NCBI RefSeq assembly: GCF_009914755.1
Contig: NC_060933.1
Source: the human T2T-CHM13v2.0 reference genome, Homo sapiens
Length of the DNA: 64,000 bases
Direction: 5' to 3' (one strand)
Shown here: in pieces, positions 1-38,380 of the stretch
How the letters are laid out: the number at the start of each line of letters is the position of its first letter
Numbering within the stretch: the stretch's first letter is position 1
Position numbers and translations under genes: made by a program
The notes under the pieces: generated by a model
Seen by the model: the letters and a program-made list of their open reading frames with translations, nothing else
Database searches by the model: none
Told to the model about the DNA's origin: nothing

Positions 1-82
1 ATTCAAAAATACATAAACAAGTAAGAAATAAATCATGCTTTTAAAATCTGGCTTTTCCCCCAATTCCCCTTCTTTAACAGAG

Positions 83-838
83 TGTATTCAATCTTGGCTG
101 AACCCTCAGAGCTCACTGGCGTGTGTAACTGACTTTAGAGAGAGCCAGGAGGTCGGGATTGCACACAATAGGGTTAGCTGAAGGTGAAGCACCTAGGGCT
201 AGAGACTTCCCCGGCCAAGGGCAAGGCAGAGCTGGGATAAAGGAGTTCAAAGCCCTGAGGTGGAAGAAGGCTGGTGCATATAAAGAAGGAGAAGGCAGCC
301 TGGCCGGAGGAGACTGTGTTGCAAGAGGGACCAGCAACATAAAAGGATTGTCTAAATTTAGCTTTACTTGGAGTTGGGAAGTCCTTGTTGGGTTTCTGCT
401 CAGATCTGAGCCCCACTCACTCCATGTTAGGTGATCTGGGTTCCTAAGTGTTCTCCCAACAGTACCCTCTCGGTGATGCCTACAGGATCCCATGGAAACG
501 TCATCCTTTTATCGTGAGCATTTGGCATCTTACTCAGTTTCCCTGGACTCAATCTTCCATCCACGTGAGTGTATCCTACATTTCCCTCTAGTCTTTTTTC
601 CTTTCCTTTCTTTACTTTTGCCCCATGTCCCTAGGACTGGCCCACAATTCAGACTGGTTACCAAGTACCTAGTGTATAAAATAGTACCCTTTACTCTCCC
701 TGTGAGCTGCCTTGCCTGATCTCGGCCACATCTGAAGAATCAACATACATATAACCTTTAGGTTGGCTTACATTTGCCGTCATTTAACCCCCAGGTCCCT
801 CACCCCAAGCTTGTGAGCTGGGTGGGGTCCATACTACA
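83..838. mobile_element. Possible ancient solo LTR (family not determined)
   Basis: TGTA...TACA termini about 750 bp apart and an internal TATA-like catataaag near 280; no clear target-site duplication (TSD); family not recognised. Confidence 0.3.
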
Positions 839-849
839 AGCAAATATTA

Positions 850-3727
<2,878 letters not shown>

Positions 3728-4274
3728 GTTTTGTCTTTTGTTTTATATTCCTCAAAACAACACTTCTGAAGTAGATTGGCATGGCTCATATTTCAAGGAA
3801 GAGGAAATGAAATTTGGGGGGGAAATGGCAAAACCATATCTTACTAAAGGAAATTGCAATGAAATGTCCCCTTTTGTGACTCAGTGGTTATGTGGTTATG
3901 ACAATAATGTAAAAACCCTGAGATTTTATGAAAAATGACAGAATCACCATATTCAAAGTGTATGATCATGTGACAAGAACCTTAGAAAAAACTGTTTATG
4001 GAGTTTGCATTATGAAGACATTAAGCCATCATGAAGTCTTAATGTCTTCACATCAGAGCTTTTTGGTTTGCTATTTTCTCATTTTCAGATAAAAAAGTAT
4101 AAAACTCTTTGAATGTTCCTCAACTTTTAAATTTCATATTCTAAGCATTTTTTCAAAGAGACAATGATTTCATTTTATCTTTAAACTAGAATAAAAGGAT
4201 ACATGGTAGCTTTGTCCTTGAATAAATGAAGAAGGGGTAGTGTTAATACTATCTATTACAACTTCTAAGGATAT

Positions 4275-4999
4275 TGTTCCAGTTACTATTGTTGTATAAT
4301 AAATCACTCCCAAAACTTGATGGGAAACAACCATTTTATCATGGGTCAGGAATTTGGACAGGGACAACTTTTCTCTGCTCCATCATTGCTGAGGCCTCAG
4401 CTGGGAAGGCTTACAGGCTGGGGGGACCCAACTGCTGGGCGTTAGAATCATCTGGAAGCCCTTCACTCATATGGCTGGCAGCTAAGTATGACTGTTGGTT
4501 GAGACCTCGACTGAGCTGTCAACAGGAACCTCTATGGTTGGCTTCTCCGTATGTCTCTCTATGTGTGCTGTTTGGGCTTCCTAACAATATGGTGACTGGG
4601 TTTTAAAAGTAAGTATCCTAAAAGCGCAAGAAAAAAACGCACGGCTATTTGTGATTCTGCTTCAGAAATCATTAAAAAAAAAAATAGGGTCTCATTGTGT
4701 TGCTCAGGGTAGTCTCAAACTCGTGTGTTCAAACAATCATCCCCCTCACCTCTACCCCCACCTGGGCCTCCCGGAAAAACCAGGATTCCAGGTATGGGCC
4801 ACCATGCCTGGGGGCATCACTTTAACCATACTCTATTGGTCAAGGCTGTCACACAGATCTGCCTAGATTCAAATGAAAGTGGTATAAGTCCCTTCTCACC
4901 CACTCAGTGGGAGGAGTCTTGAGATCACATTGTAAGATGAGCAATGTGGGATGGGCAATATTGTTGTGGACATCTTTCCAAAATATAATCTGTCCCACA
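4275..4999 (-). mobile_element. MLT1H-like MaLR LTR, interrupted by an Alu monomer (about 4675-4812)
   Basis: Right end is the reverse complement of the MLT1H-type 5' end (TGTGG.CAGATT.TATTT...AAAGATG.CCACAACAATA...CCCATCCCACA); left end tgttccagttactattg is a typical MLT1 terminus. Confidence 0.75.
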
Positions 5000-5559
5000 T
5001 GTGAAGTATCTCTAAGAAAGATAAAGAGGAAAGTTAAACGATATCAGGTACAACAGAAATCTCAGTCAACAAGGTGTGAACTGAGTAATTCTAAACTTTC
5101 TCTTTTTATCTCCATGTCAAAATAAGCACATGGGCAGCTTTCAAAGGAAAAGCCTACACTATTAGTCTGTCTTCAAAAGCCTATTAGAATGATGTGTGAT
5201 ATTAACTTCTGATTACTACCAAAAATTGAATGCCCATCAGTGGACATTTTTTTTTTTCCACTTATGACTTGGTACATTAGTTCTACTTCTAAGCCTATCA
5301 GAACCTCCAGCTCCACTTATTATGTTGTTATAACAATTTGCAAACCAATAAACTCTTAACAGTCTATACCCCTCCCAGTCTAAAACACGGTTCACACAAT
5401 GGTTCTCAGTGAGGTAAACACTTTGGCAAACAGAGTGCAGAGTTACTGTCCAAAAGGGCAACACGTTATGACAGCTATGCTAGGTAACAGAGTTCCAAAG
5501 TTAAATAAAGTGCTTGGAGGAATGCAACTCTGCCAAGAGCTTAGCATTTTACCAACTTA

Positions 5560-6190
<631 letters not shown>

Positions 6191-6408
6191 GACTTATCTG
6201 GGTACCTGAATAAGTCATTACTAGAAAACCATAGAGAACAAAGAGTACCTTAAAATGATGATAATGTTTGTCAGTAGCTGACTGGGTAAGGAAGTAGAAT
6301 ATTGCTAGATTTTAGATTTGCTATAAAGAATAAAAATGAGCAAAAACTGAGAATGCATGAGAAGGAATCAAAATGTTAAACAGTGCTACCTAAGCCACAT
6401 CAAAACTA

Positions 6409-9213
<2,805 letters not shown>

Positions 9214-10298
9214 AATAAGTAAAATGTAAATTTTAAAAGTCAGTCATGGTGAAGAATATATTTTACATACACATATACACTTATGAAATCTAAATGTCCT
9301 TGCCCAAACATTTCCAGAAATTTCCATATCTGTTCCAATGCAAATACTTCTAAACCTCTTCATTATCTCTGCCAAGAAGAAATCAATCCCAAACTAAGCT
9401 GATAGGCAGAATAATTCATTAGATGTTTCAAGCAGCAAATATCCAGCTTTTTAGGTGAGGAAATAATGTGACTTCAGTGGAACTTTTTTTTTTTTAAAGT
9501 GGTAATAATAGCCAAAGAAAATTATTTCCCCCTAGAAAAAACTTAAATCTTAAGAAGGCCCAAGTATACTGCTAAAAATTAGTATGATTAGTGTTTTGGA
9601 GTGGATTTTATTTTTCTTCAAGGAGGAAAAGATAAACATGCTATTAATATGACCTCCTGAAATCCAGATTTCCTGTCCAAAGCAACGATTTCCAGGCATT
9701 TTCCAAATATTAGGTTTATTGTATTGTTAACATGTACACCAAATTTTAAATCAGAAGGCTAGGACAGAAAATAGCTCATTTTTCATGAATCCTGCTTACC
9801 GCAGGAGAGTTCTACAGTTTGTTCCCAGGGACCAGAGTTTTTTTCATTAACCTTCCCCATGATTATAATAATTTGTGTTTACCTATCACCTTTCATCCAA
9901 CAACCTCAAAGTACTTTACGAACAATCTCTCACCTTTATGCCTTCTTGTCAAGAGAAAGGCAAGCATCATACCATACTTTATAGATTGGGAAAGCGAGGA
10001 ACAGAGATGCAAGGACTTGCCCGATACTAATAAATATTAGATTAGGTAAGCAAGGCAACCCAGGCTGAGCCCTCCAGCACTGCCTCACTCAACTGGGAGC
10101 ACCCACACCGTTTGTCCCCAGAGCCTGTCTGGTCTTTAAATGGATTTCAGGAACCCGTTCTCAATTTTGGCTGTGCAAATAGAAGTACAAGGGGAGGAGA
10201 TTCCTTTACAGGTCCCAAGTTTTCTTCTGCTATAGATAATAGAGAAAGTGTTTCGTTTCTTGTTCCTGAAGACTCAAAACTTTAAAACCCTGAATGTC

Positions 10299-11220
<922 letters not shown>

Positions 11221-11610
11221 ATTCCTCCTTGTTCTTTCTCAATTTCCTTAAAAATAGTTTTCGCCAAGACATACTTCTGTTGGGCAAATTCAGAAACTTG
11301 ATACTACTCCTACTAATTAATATCCACACAAATTTATTTAAATTAGAAAAGAGAAACAATAACTGGCTTTGAAAGGATTAGGAGATTACTAGACATCTAT
11401 GAAGCATCTGCTTGAGTACGAGCTTCATTCATGACTGTTTCTGCTGGCTCTGCAGCATTTAGTGGTGTGAGTCATTGATTCTCAGTGATTCTCAATATGA
11501 ATAACATCAACTGTTTTATAAAGCAAAATCTACTGCAGTGATGGGGAAATATGAGTGAGTGGTGGGGATAAAGGGAACTGTGCACTACTAACACAGAAGA
11601 TCCAGTTTTT

Positions 11611-12255
<645 letters not shown>

Positions 12256-12405
12256 TTGGCACAAATGGTAGTTACCTTGCTGGATTCTTGTAACAAATAA
12301 ACAAGATGATGGATGTAAACACTTTGTCCAGCACCTGGGGCATAGTAGGCACTCAATAAATGGCAGTAATGATAACAATCATTCGAGACTTTAAGATAAT
12401 AGAGA

Positions 12406-17878
<5,473 letters not shown>

Positions 17879-18749
17879 TCTCTCATTTATTTTCAATCAC
17901 TCCTAACCCTGCCTTCCTTCCCACTTCTGCACCCTCAAAAAGAAATGTACAGAATAATGCAAGCAATTGCCGCTGTTTTAGCAGTTTTGCTCATAGCCAC
18001 TGCCTCTCTTTGGAATTATATTCTATCCCATTCACCAACATCACTGAACTGTCCACCAAGGTATTGTGTTCGGTCCCTATTTCACTCAGAAATATATTGT
18101 ACATTTTCCCTCCATAATTCCATCCACCTGTCTGAACAAGTGAAAAAAAAATTGTGCCACAATTTCTACTGTCTTGACAAAGATTACTTCTGATTTGCTT
18201 CCCCACCCCAGATAAGCTAAAGAGAGCTAAAGGGAGTGGAAGGATTAGAAGAGGAAAGAAACTTCAATACGGTACTCAAAGTGATAGATTTTGCCTAAAC
18301 TGGTGTGTGCAAATATTTTAAACTATTTTATTTTCAAAATGGATACTTGTAAACATCAGCGGAAATTTTGTCATGAATCCCTTTTAGGCAGAAGATGTTT
18401 ATAAAATGAATTATCTTAATTTAAGGGAGCTATTGCCCTCAGGATTTTGGTAATAACAACCGTAGCTGCTTCTGTACCTAACAAATGGTTATGTAAAAAC
18501 AATTAAAGCAAAAGAAAACAAAACAAAAAACAAGGGAGGATGTGCTCTGTTTCTGTAATTGCTCTAACCTTGTTTTATTTTGATATGAGATTTCTTGGCC
18601 TCATCTCAGATAGCAACACCACCCTACACTTTCTCCTCCACACCCTTTGCAAATAGAATTCCAAAAGGTAGTTCAGGCACTTTAGAGTTCATCCTGGGAA
18701 ATGGCTCATCTTGAGGGCATTTCAGTGCAGTAACTGAGATTTCGTCTAC

Positions 18750-20780
18750 TCCTTCCCGGGCCGCCGCACTGCCCATCCCCTGCCCAGTGATTTCCCCAGG
18801 AATCCGGGGACGGCAGGAAAAGAGCTCCATCCACAGCCAGCCCCTCGCCTTTCCGGGGACGGCCCTCAGCCCTGAGGGCTGCCCGTTTACCGTGCGCATC
18901 CCCCGGCCAAGCATCCCCGCAAGGCGCCCCTCACCGCCAACTTTCCCCACTGGAAACTCTTCTCCGAGCAACCGTTAAAGATCATTGACCCCGCGAACGC
19001 CTCTTCCTGAGGTAGATCACGTAAGATCTCTCCCTAACTCCCACTTTCCCCTCCAGACCAGACGTCGCAGTGCCCACATCCCACTCAGGATTGAGCTACC
19101 CCGAAAGAACAAGTGCGCCCGGAGCCGCCACGGGCCAGAAGTCCTCGCCTCCAGAGCGAAGACCGCACTCTCGCCCCAGCACCCCAAAACCCGACCCCCG
19201 GCGCTCGCCCCGGCCGCCCCGCTCCCGGGGAAGTGCCCGATCCGCCAGCGCCTCCGCGGAGCCAGGACAGAACTCGCGGCCGGGGCGCCCCGAGACCCAA
19301 CGCAGCGCCGCGCAGCCGGGGCCTCCACGCCCCCACGCCCGGTCCCGGCCCTCCCCGGGCATCCGCGGCTCGCCCCGGGGGATTAGGGCTCGGCCCGACA
19401 CACACGGCCCGCTCCGGGGCGCCGGGGACAGGGAGGCCCGCCCGCGCCGTTCCTCAGGCCGCCGGGGACCCGCACCAACTCCCCTCGCCTCCGAAGGACA
19501 AGCCGGCCCGCACCTCCTGCTCGGGCCAAGGCGGACGAGGGGCATTGGAACCCCGCCTCCTCCCCAGGCCGCGAGGACCCCGACCAGCGCGCCCTCGCCT
19601 CCGCCCAGCAGCGCGGCCCGCGCCCCCTCCCCAGGCCGCGGGGAAACGCAGCGCGCGCCCCGCATCTGCCCGCGGGCCCAGCCCCTCACTCACCCAGAGC
19701 TCGGTGCCCCAGCTCATGGTGCAGGGGACGCGAAGGGGCGCTCCGCGCGGCGGGCGCGGCTCTCTGGTCCCCCTCCCCGGCGATCCCTTTGCCCCCCGAG
19801 ATCCCCGCGACGGCGGAAAGCCCGGAGTCCGCGCGGCCTCCTCCGGCTCGCAGCTCCTCGCCCGGGGTCTCCTCGGCGGCTCCTCCTCCCCGCCGCTCCA
19901 CAGCAAAATGGCCCGAGGAAGCAGCAGCCGCGGCCGCCGCAGCGCCCGCCCGCCCTACACCCGGAGAGCGGGGGAGGGGCGGGAGGGGAGGGGCGGGGCC
20001 GGTCTGACAGCTCGCGCACGCGCGCCCGCCCCACCCCGGCCCGGCCCCCTCCCCCGGGCTCCCCCGGCCGGGTCCGCGTCGCCCTGGGGTCCGGAAGGAC
20101 GCGGAGGGAGGTGTGAGGGACGGCGGGACCCGGATCCCTAGGACTCCCCCTGCCAATCTGGTAATGACTTCTTAGTGACCACTGTCTGCTCGCAGTACTA
20201 GCGCTTGCCTTGGAACGCGGCAGGCCCTGGGATCACCGATGCTCCGCCGCGGTCTGAGATCGCTCCCCTGCGCGTAGCGCCGCTCTGGATTTAAGGACAA
20301 TACTTTCCCCTGGCAGCCATGCGCGCCGAGCAGAGTCAGCCCGGGAGGCTCTTTTCCCACCGCCCGAGGGAAGCCCGAGAGTCCCGCAGGCTGGCGCGGT
20401 GGGAGTGGGGCGGTGGTAACTGCGCGCTGTGCGAATAGAGACGTCGAGGCAAGCGCGACGGCCTCGAGTGGCTAGGGAAAGAATCCAGGGGCGTGCACCC
20501 AGTGATTTCCAATCTCTGAAACCAGTGATTTCCAACTTGTTCAGCCAAGAAACTCTCAGGCGTGAAATCACGTTACCGCCTAGTGGGTAAAAGCAAAGGC
20601 GTGGGGTACACAGATAACTTGTTTGGTTCAAATCCAGCCTCCCGCACGTGCTGGCCGGGCGGAGGCGGACAATTGCTCCACCTCTGGAAGCGCAGAGCGC
20701 AGTCCACCAAATGGAGGCAAATAACGTGTCCATCTCACTGCCCGGCGGTGAGGATCAGGGGTGGGCCAAGGCCGAAGGTT
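18750..20780. promoter_or_regulatory. FNBP1: CpG island / FNBP1 promoter
   Basis: Very GC- and CpG-rich and repeat-free. GC boxes at 19970-20000 and 20025-20055, NRF1-type GCGCACGCGC at 20014-20023, YY1-like AAAATGGC at 19905-19912. Spans FNBP1 exon 1. Confidence 0.93.
19694..19717 (-). CDS. FNBP1: Formin-binding protein 1 (FBP17, F-BAR protein), coding part of exon 1: MSWGTELW
   Basis: gcaccATG with A at -3, eight codons matching the FBP17 N-terminus, then a canonical TGG|GTGAGT donor (phase 0). GC-rich 5' UTR without upstream ATG to about 19920. Exon 2 is not in the window. Confidence 0.93.
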
Positions 20781-21084
20781 GGTAAACCCAGCGCTCATTT
20801 TATCAGCAGACGGACTCCCTCTCTATATATCCAAAGGTCTGCACAAATGTTCCTGACAAGCTATGGAAAATGTTTGGAATTCCAACTCCTGAATCACTAG
20901 CCCTTTCCCCACAGCTTATCTTTCTCCCTCGGTTAATGCTACTACTGGATCCTTTTCTGAGAAACCGTGCGACTCCCAACATGGGCCCCCAGTTAAAAAA
21001 TATTTTACGATGATGCATTTCTCCAATCCCACCCCACCATTTTCAACCTGCTTATCATTCTCCTCCATTAAAAGGTGGAGCTAA

Positions 21085-21806
<722 letters not shown>

Positions 21807-22808
21807 TTAAGTTGTCAAAACTGTTTTGGTCTGCCTTTTTTCAGTTACAACCCTCCCTTCCTGCCCACCCCCATTCTTGTGTCTGTATAAATATTTTGCT
21901 CTCAGTTACCAGGTCTGAATTCTCTTTCCTCCAGAGACTGCTAGATATATAACAATGAGAACGGCCAGCTACCTATCTCCTAAGGCAGATTAATAGCCAG
22001 AGTGAGTTGGAGGGGGAAATTCAAACAATGCTGCACAGTTTAGTCTGCTAAAATTTGGAAACGGTACATGCAATGCAGGTTTATCTAACAAGACATTGCC
22101 TCAGTAATCACCTTCCTGCCAGGGCTTGACTTTTTAGTCAAATACAATGATCTAATCTTGACCAAGTTATTGGAGACTTCTCAAAAACAGTGACCACTTG
22201 TGAAAATACTCTAATCAAGAAGTAAAACAACCTGCTGCTTTAAAGAGGAGAAAGAGGAAGAGGAAGGGACAGCAGAAGAAAAAAAGAGACCACATGAAGA
22301 TGAAACTTTTTAAGACGAGTAAGCAGGAGATTGTTAGTTATAGGAAGGAACCCATTAAAAGCTGCCGCAGAACTCTATGGATGTGAGTTAATTATACAAC
22401 ACTGCAAATATCTTTAACTTCATTAAGCTTTGGCAGTAACTGGAAAATGCTTGAAAGTGTCAGAATCTTCAAAAAATAAAGGAGAGAGACACCAATGATC
22501 ATGAAGCCATGAGATAAAATGAAATAAGCCAGCAGAAAAAAGGCTAAAATATAGCACAGCATTTTTTAGGAAGAACTAAATCCATTTCAGTTTCCCTTCA
22601 GAGCAGGAGGAAGTGATTCTAAGACAAGGAAGTATCCCCATTAACAAACTACTGTGACCTGACCTACTTAGGAATCAGTTTTCACCAGGGGTACTCTAAA
22701 CTCTATGTAAACGCTGATATTATCTAGGGGGTTAATCTGGGTTGCATATACTGGTTTCACCTCTCAGTAAAATCTAGGGAACACTGATTTACAAAATTAT
22801 GATCTTGG

Positions 22809-24520
<1,712 letters not shown>

Positions 24521-24773
24521 TTAGAGGCAAACAATTGTATTAGGGCTTTTTGGCAATTCTAACCCTGCTTGCAACTAATAAACATCTAATTCGGGATCTT
24601 AGGTGGACAGATATTTATATAGCTGTAGATAGATATGAGATTTTAAAGCAGATAGGGTTTTGAAATTGTTAAATTGGGATCCCAGTGTTCCACTACTTAT
24701 TAGTTGTGTGGCCTTCTGCAAGTTACTTACATTATCTGAGCTTCAGTTTACTCATTGAGAAGACAGGGATCTT

Positions 24774-26735
<1,962 letters not shown>

Positions 26736-26903
26736 TTTAAACATTTCTGATGCAGCAGGACCGCCTGCCTGAACTTACAGTTGATTGGTTGTCTACTGGT
26801 GAAGAACTACTTCTAATGAAATTCTCAGGATTTTTTCTTCTTCAAAATTACTTGTTTTTAGCTTAAAATTTCCAACTTCTTTTGCATTCGAACTACTTAC
26901 TAG

Positions 26904-26962
26904 GGACTCAAGAAAGCAATCAACTGGAAAAAGTGGAGTAGGATAAAACCAGGAACTCCATG
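26904..26962 (+). ncRNA. Candidate internal exon of an intergenic lncRNA
   Basis: Pyrimidine-rich acceptor ...cttactAG at 26903, donor ATG|GTGAGT at 26963 and a next acceptor tttctctccaatccacAG at 27128. A lncRNA adjacent to GPR107 (GPRACR/lncGPR107) is described, but the sequence alone cannot tie this exon to it. Confidence 0.3.
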
Positions 26963-27374
26963 GTGAGTGAAATGCTAAAACTGCAATGAATTTTTACAAC
27001 GAATAATCCAATTCCCCTGTAAAGATGTACATAAAATCAAGAAAGACTGCCTGTCCTGTGGCTGAGCAAGTTATACACTAGGGTCGTCAGGTTGAGGAGT
27101 AATTTTGAAGTTTCTCTCCAATCCACAGGACTCAAAGTGTGTCAGAGCCTGGCTTTTCCATGATCACTTTCTACAAAAAGATGCACTTGGAGGCATTCCC
27201 GACACCCCAAGAAATGCATGAAAACTTTAGCTGCAATCCTGGAAGAAATGGTGTTTCAAGCCAAAGAATGAAAAGTAGCATTTGACTTCTGAATGTATTG
27301 CTAGGCCCCAATTTGACCACTAGTTTCCTATACTGTCTTAACAGAGGCTTTTGGTTTGCAATATCAATCAACTC

Positions 27375-29898
<2,524 letters not shown>

Positions 29899-29949
29899 TT
29901 AAGAGAAAAATGTTAAGACCCAGACTTGGGGTTGGATGAAATAGCATGA

Positions 29950-30150
29950 GGCAACAGAACACAGGAGTTAAGAGCTTCCGTGTGATTCCCAGCTCAACCT
30001 GGAGCAAATGACTTATTTCTCAGAGCCTCAGTTTGCTTACCTGTAAAGTAGGAATAATGATAATACGTACCTCCTAGCTCATCAAATTGTTCCAAAAATT
30101 AAATACAACAAAAGGCCTAACAAATTGCCTCATAAGGGCTCAATCAATCG
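29950..30150 (+). mobile_element. MIR relic
   Basis: gagcctcagtttgcttacctgtaaagtaggaataatgataatacgtacctc matches the MIR core. Confidence 0.75.
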
Positions 30151-30199
30151 TATTATTGCAACCATTTCGCTTGTATTTGAGTGTGAAGCGCCTAGAAAA

Positions 30200-31280
<1,081 letters not shown>

Positions 31281-31523
31281 TAGAGAAGGAATTTCAAATC
31301 TTGCTTAAAACACGTGACTGAGAATGTAAAGCCAGCATTAAGGTGTGTCTCTAATCAAAGGGCCTGCTTTTTCTTCCTCTATCCAGCCATTGTCTAGGGA
31401 AGAGAGATTTTTGATAAACCTAGAATGATACTCTGGATCTTGCTTTGTAACTAGCAGAGAAAAGACCTCTAAGGCTGAAACGCACCCTAAGGTGGTTCAG
31501 CAGTTTACTATATCTGGGAAATT

Positions 31524-34864
<3,341 letters not shown>

Positions 34865-34924
34865 ATTTATTATTTTTGTTTATTTTTTTAAAGACCTGTC
34901 AGCAGGAAATACTCCTTGCCTTTT

Positions 34925-35930
<1,006 letters not shown>

Positions 35931-35945
35931 ATTTTAAAGCATATT

Positions 35946-37087
<1,142 letters not shown>

Positions 37088-37127
37088 TATCCATTTCTTA
37101 TTAATGGAATAAAAATGATAATCCGAG

Positions 37128-37307
37128 TTTTTTTTTTTTTTTTTTTTTTTGAGATAAGGTCTCATTGTGTTGCCCTGGCTGGAGTACAGTGGCTATTCAC
37201 CAGTGCAAACATAGTGCACGATAGCCTCCAACTCCTGGGCTCAAGCCATCTTCCCGTTTCAGCCTCCAAAGTAGCTAAGACTACAGATGTTTGCCACTGT
37301 GCTCGGC
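37128..37307 (-). mobile_element. FAM (fossil Alu monomer)
   Basis: Single monomer retaining the 7SL-derived cagtggctattcac segment that dimeric Alus lack; TSD taatc(c/t)gagtttt. Confidence 0.75.
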
Positions 37308-37819
37308 TAATCTGAGTTTTACATCAAAAATTGTCTAAATATGATTTTTATATTGTGTTAAAAACACAATATTTTGATGACTGATCATTCTGGCTTTCAA
37401 GTAGATGCTGCAAATGAGCAAGTGGACAGGAAGTGCTTTGCTAAAGCCTCAGAAATTTGGGCATTTCTTGGGTTTGATACTTCTATGATAATTATCCACA
37501 AATTATAACTCAAATACTCTAGACTTTGTGTCAGCAGCTTAGCAAGGCATGTAGTTTAGAGCAGAACTTGGGAATAGCCAGTCCTCACTGCTGTCGAGTG
37601 CAGTGTAACTTCTGGGCTAGTCATATTAGAAGCCTTCCTCGCTGATGGGATCTAGACTAGAAGATGTTGGATGAAAAGATAAGTTAAAGCAGAACATCAC
37701 ACAAAAGGAGTATGCACCTGAAACTTTATTTTGACTTAAAATCTGCCAATATACATTCATTGACTTAAATGAGTGACATTAAGCTTACTGGATGACTTCG
37801 CAACACATGCCTTCTGTCT

Positions 37820-38380
37820 CTTACTCATTCAACAAATACTCTTCAGGTGTCTTTTATATACCGGGTGGGCACTTCTAGACACAGGCTGAGGCAGTGAGCG
37901 GGACTAAGCCCCGACCTTTGTGGAGTATTCATTCTAGTGGTAATGGACAGCTAGCTTCTAAACACCTGAATGCACAAGTAATTTAAAAATGGGATAAATT
38001 GATGAGAAAATAAAACAGTATTGGAACCAAGAGTAATGGAATTGGAAATTACTGTGGAGAGAGACTCTGAAGAGTTAATATGTGAGTGGACTTAATGAAT
38101 GAGCCAGGCATTTGAGGGTCTAGGGAAGAATATCACAGGCAGAGGAACAGGAAGTGCAAAGTCCCTGAGTGGGAGCATCTTCATGTTCCCATGTCTATGG
38201 AGGCCCCTATGGCTGGAGCAGAGTGATCTAGGGGAGAGGTACACATGAGCCTGGAGGCCATGGTAGGATGTGTGGATTTTATTCTGCGTGATGAGGAACC
38301 TGCCCTGGTTTTTGGCATAGGGAAGTAGTTTCCTGAAGAAGTGACATTAAAGCTGAGACTGGAAGAGTAAGAATTAGCCA
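37820..38380 (-). mobile_element. L2 fragment
   Basis: ctcattcaacaaatac start and caggcagaggaacaggaagtgcaaagtccctgag are typical of antisense L2. Confidence 0.75.

Noticed and set aside
9794-9860. Minus-strand donor GCG|GTAAGC with nearby ATGs as an alternative coding first exon of FNBP1
   Set aside because: The phase-0 ATG (9847) reaches TAG before the donor, the other ATG is out of phase, and there are no promoter features.
18985-20156. Long overlapping Pro/Arg/Gly/Ala-rich ORFs (up to 348 aa) on both strands
   Set aside because: Stop-codon depletion in a CpG island; several frames are open at once and mostly lack ATG starts. Only MSWGTELW is recognisable.
20572-20718. Two CTCF-like motifs (CCACTAGGCGGTAA on minus, CCACCAAATGGAGG on plus)
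   Set aside because: Each has mismatches at core positions and cannot be called without a PWM score or ChIP data.
22141-22620. Purine-rich stretch translating as EEKEEEEGTAEEKKRPHEDE, a possible processed pseudogene
   Set aside because: Many stops, no recognisable parent protein and no poly-A/TSD signature; a translated similarity search would be needed.
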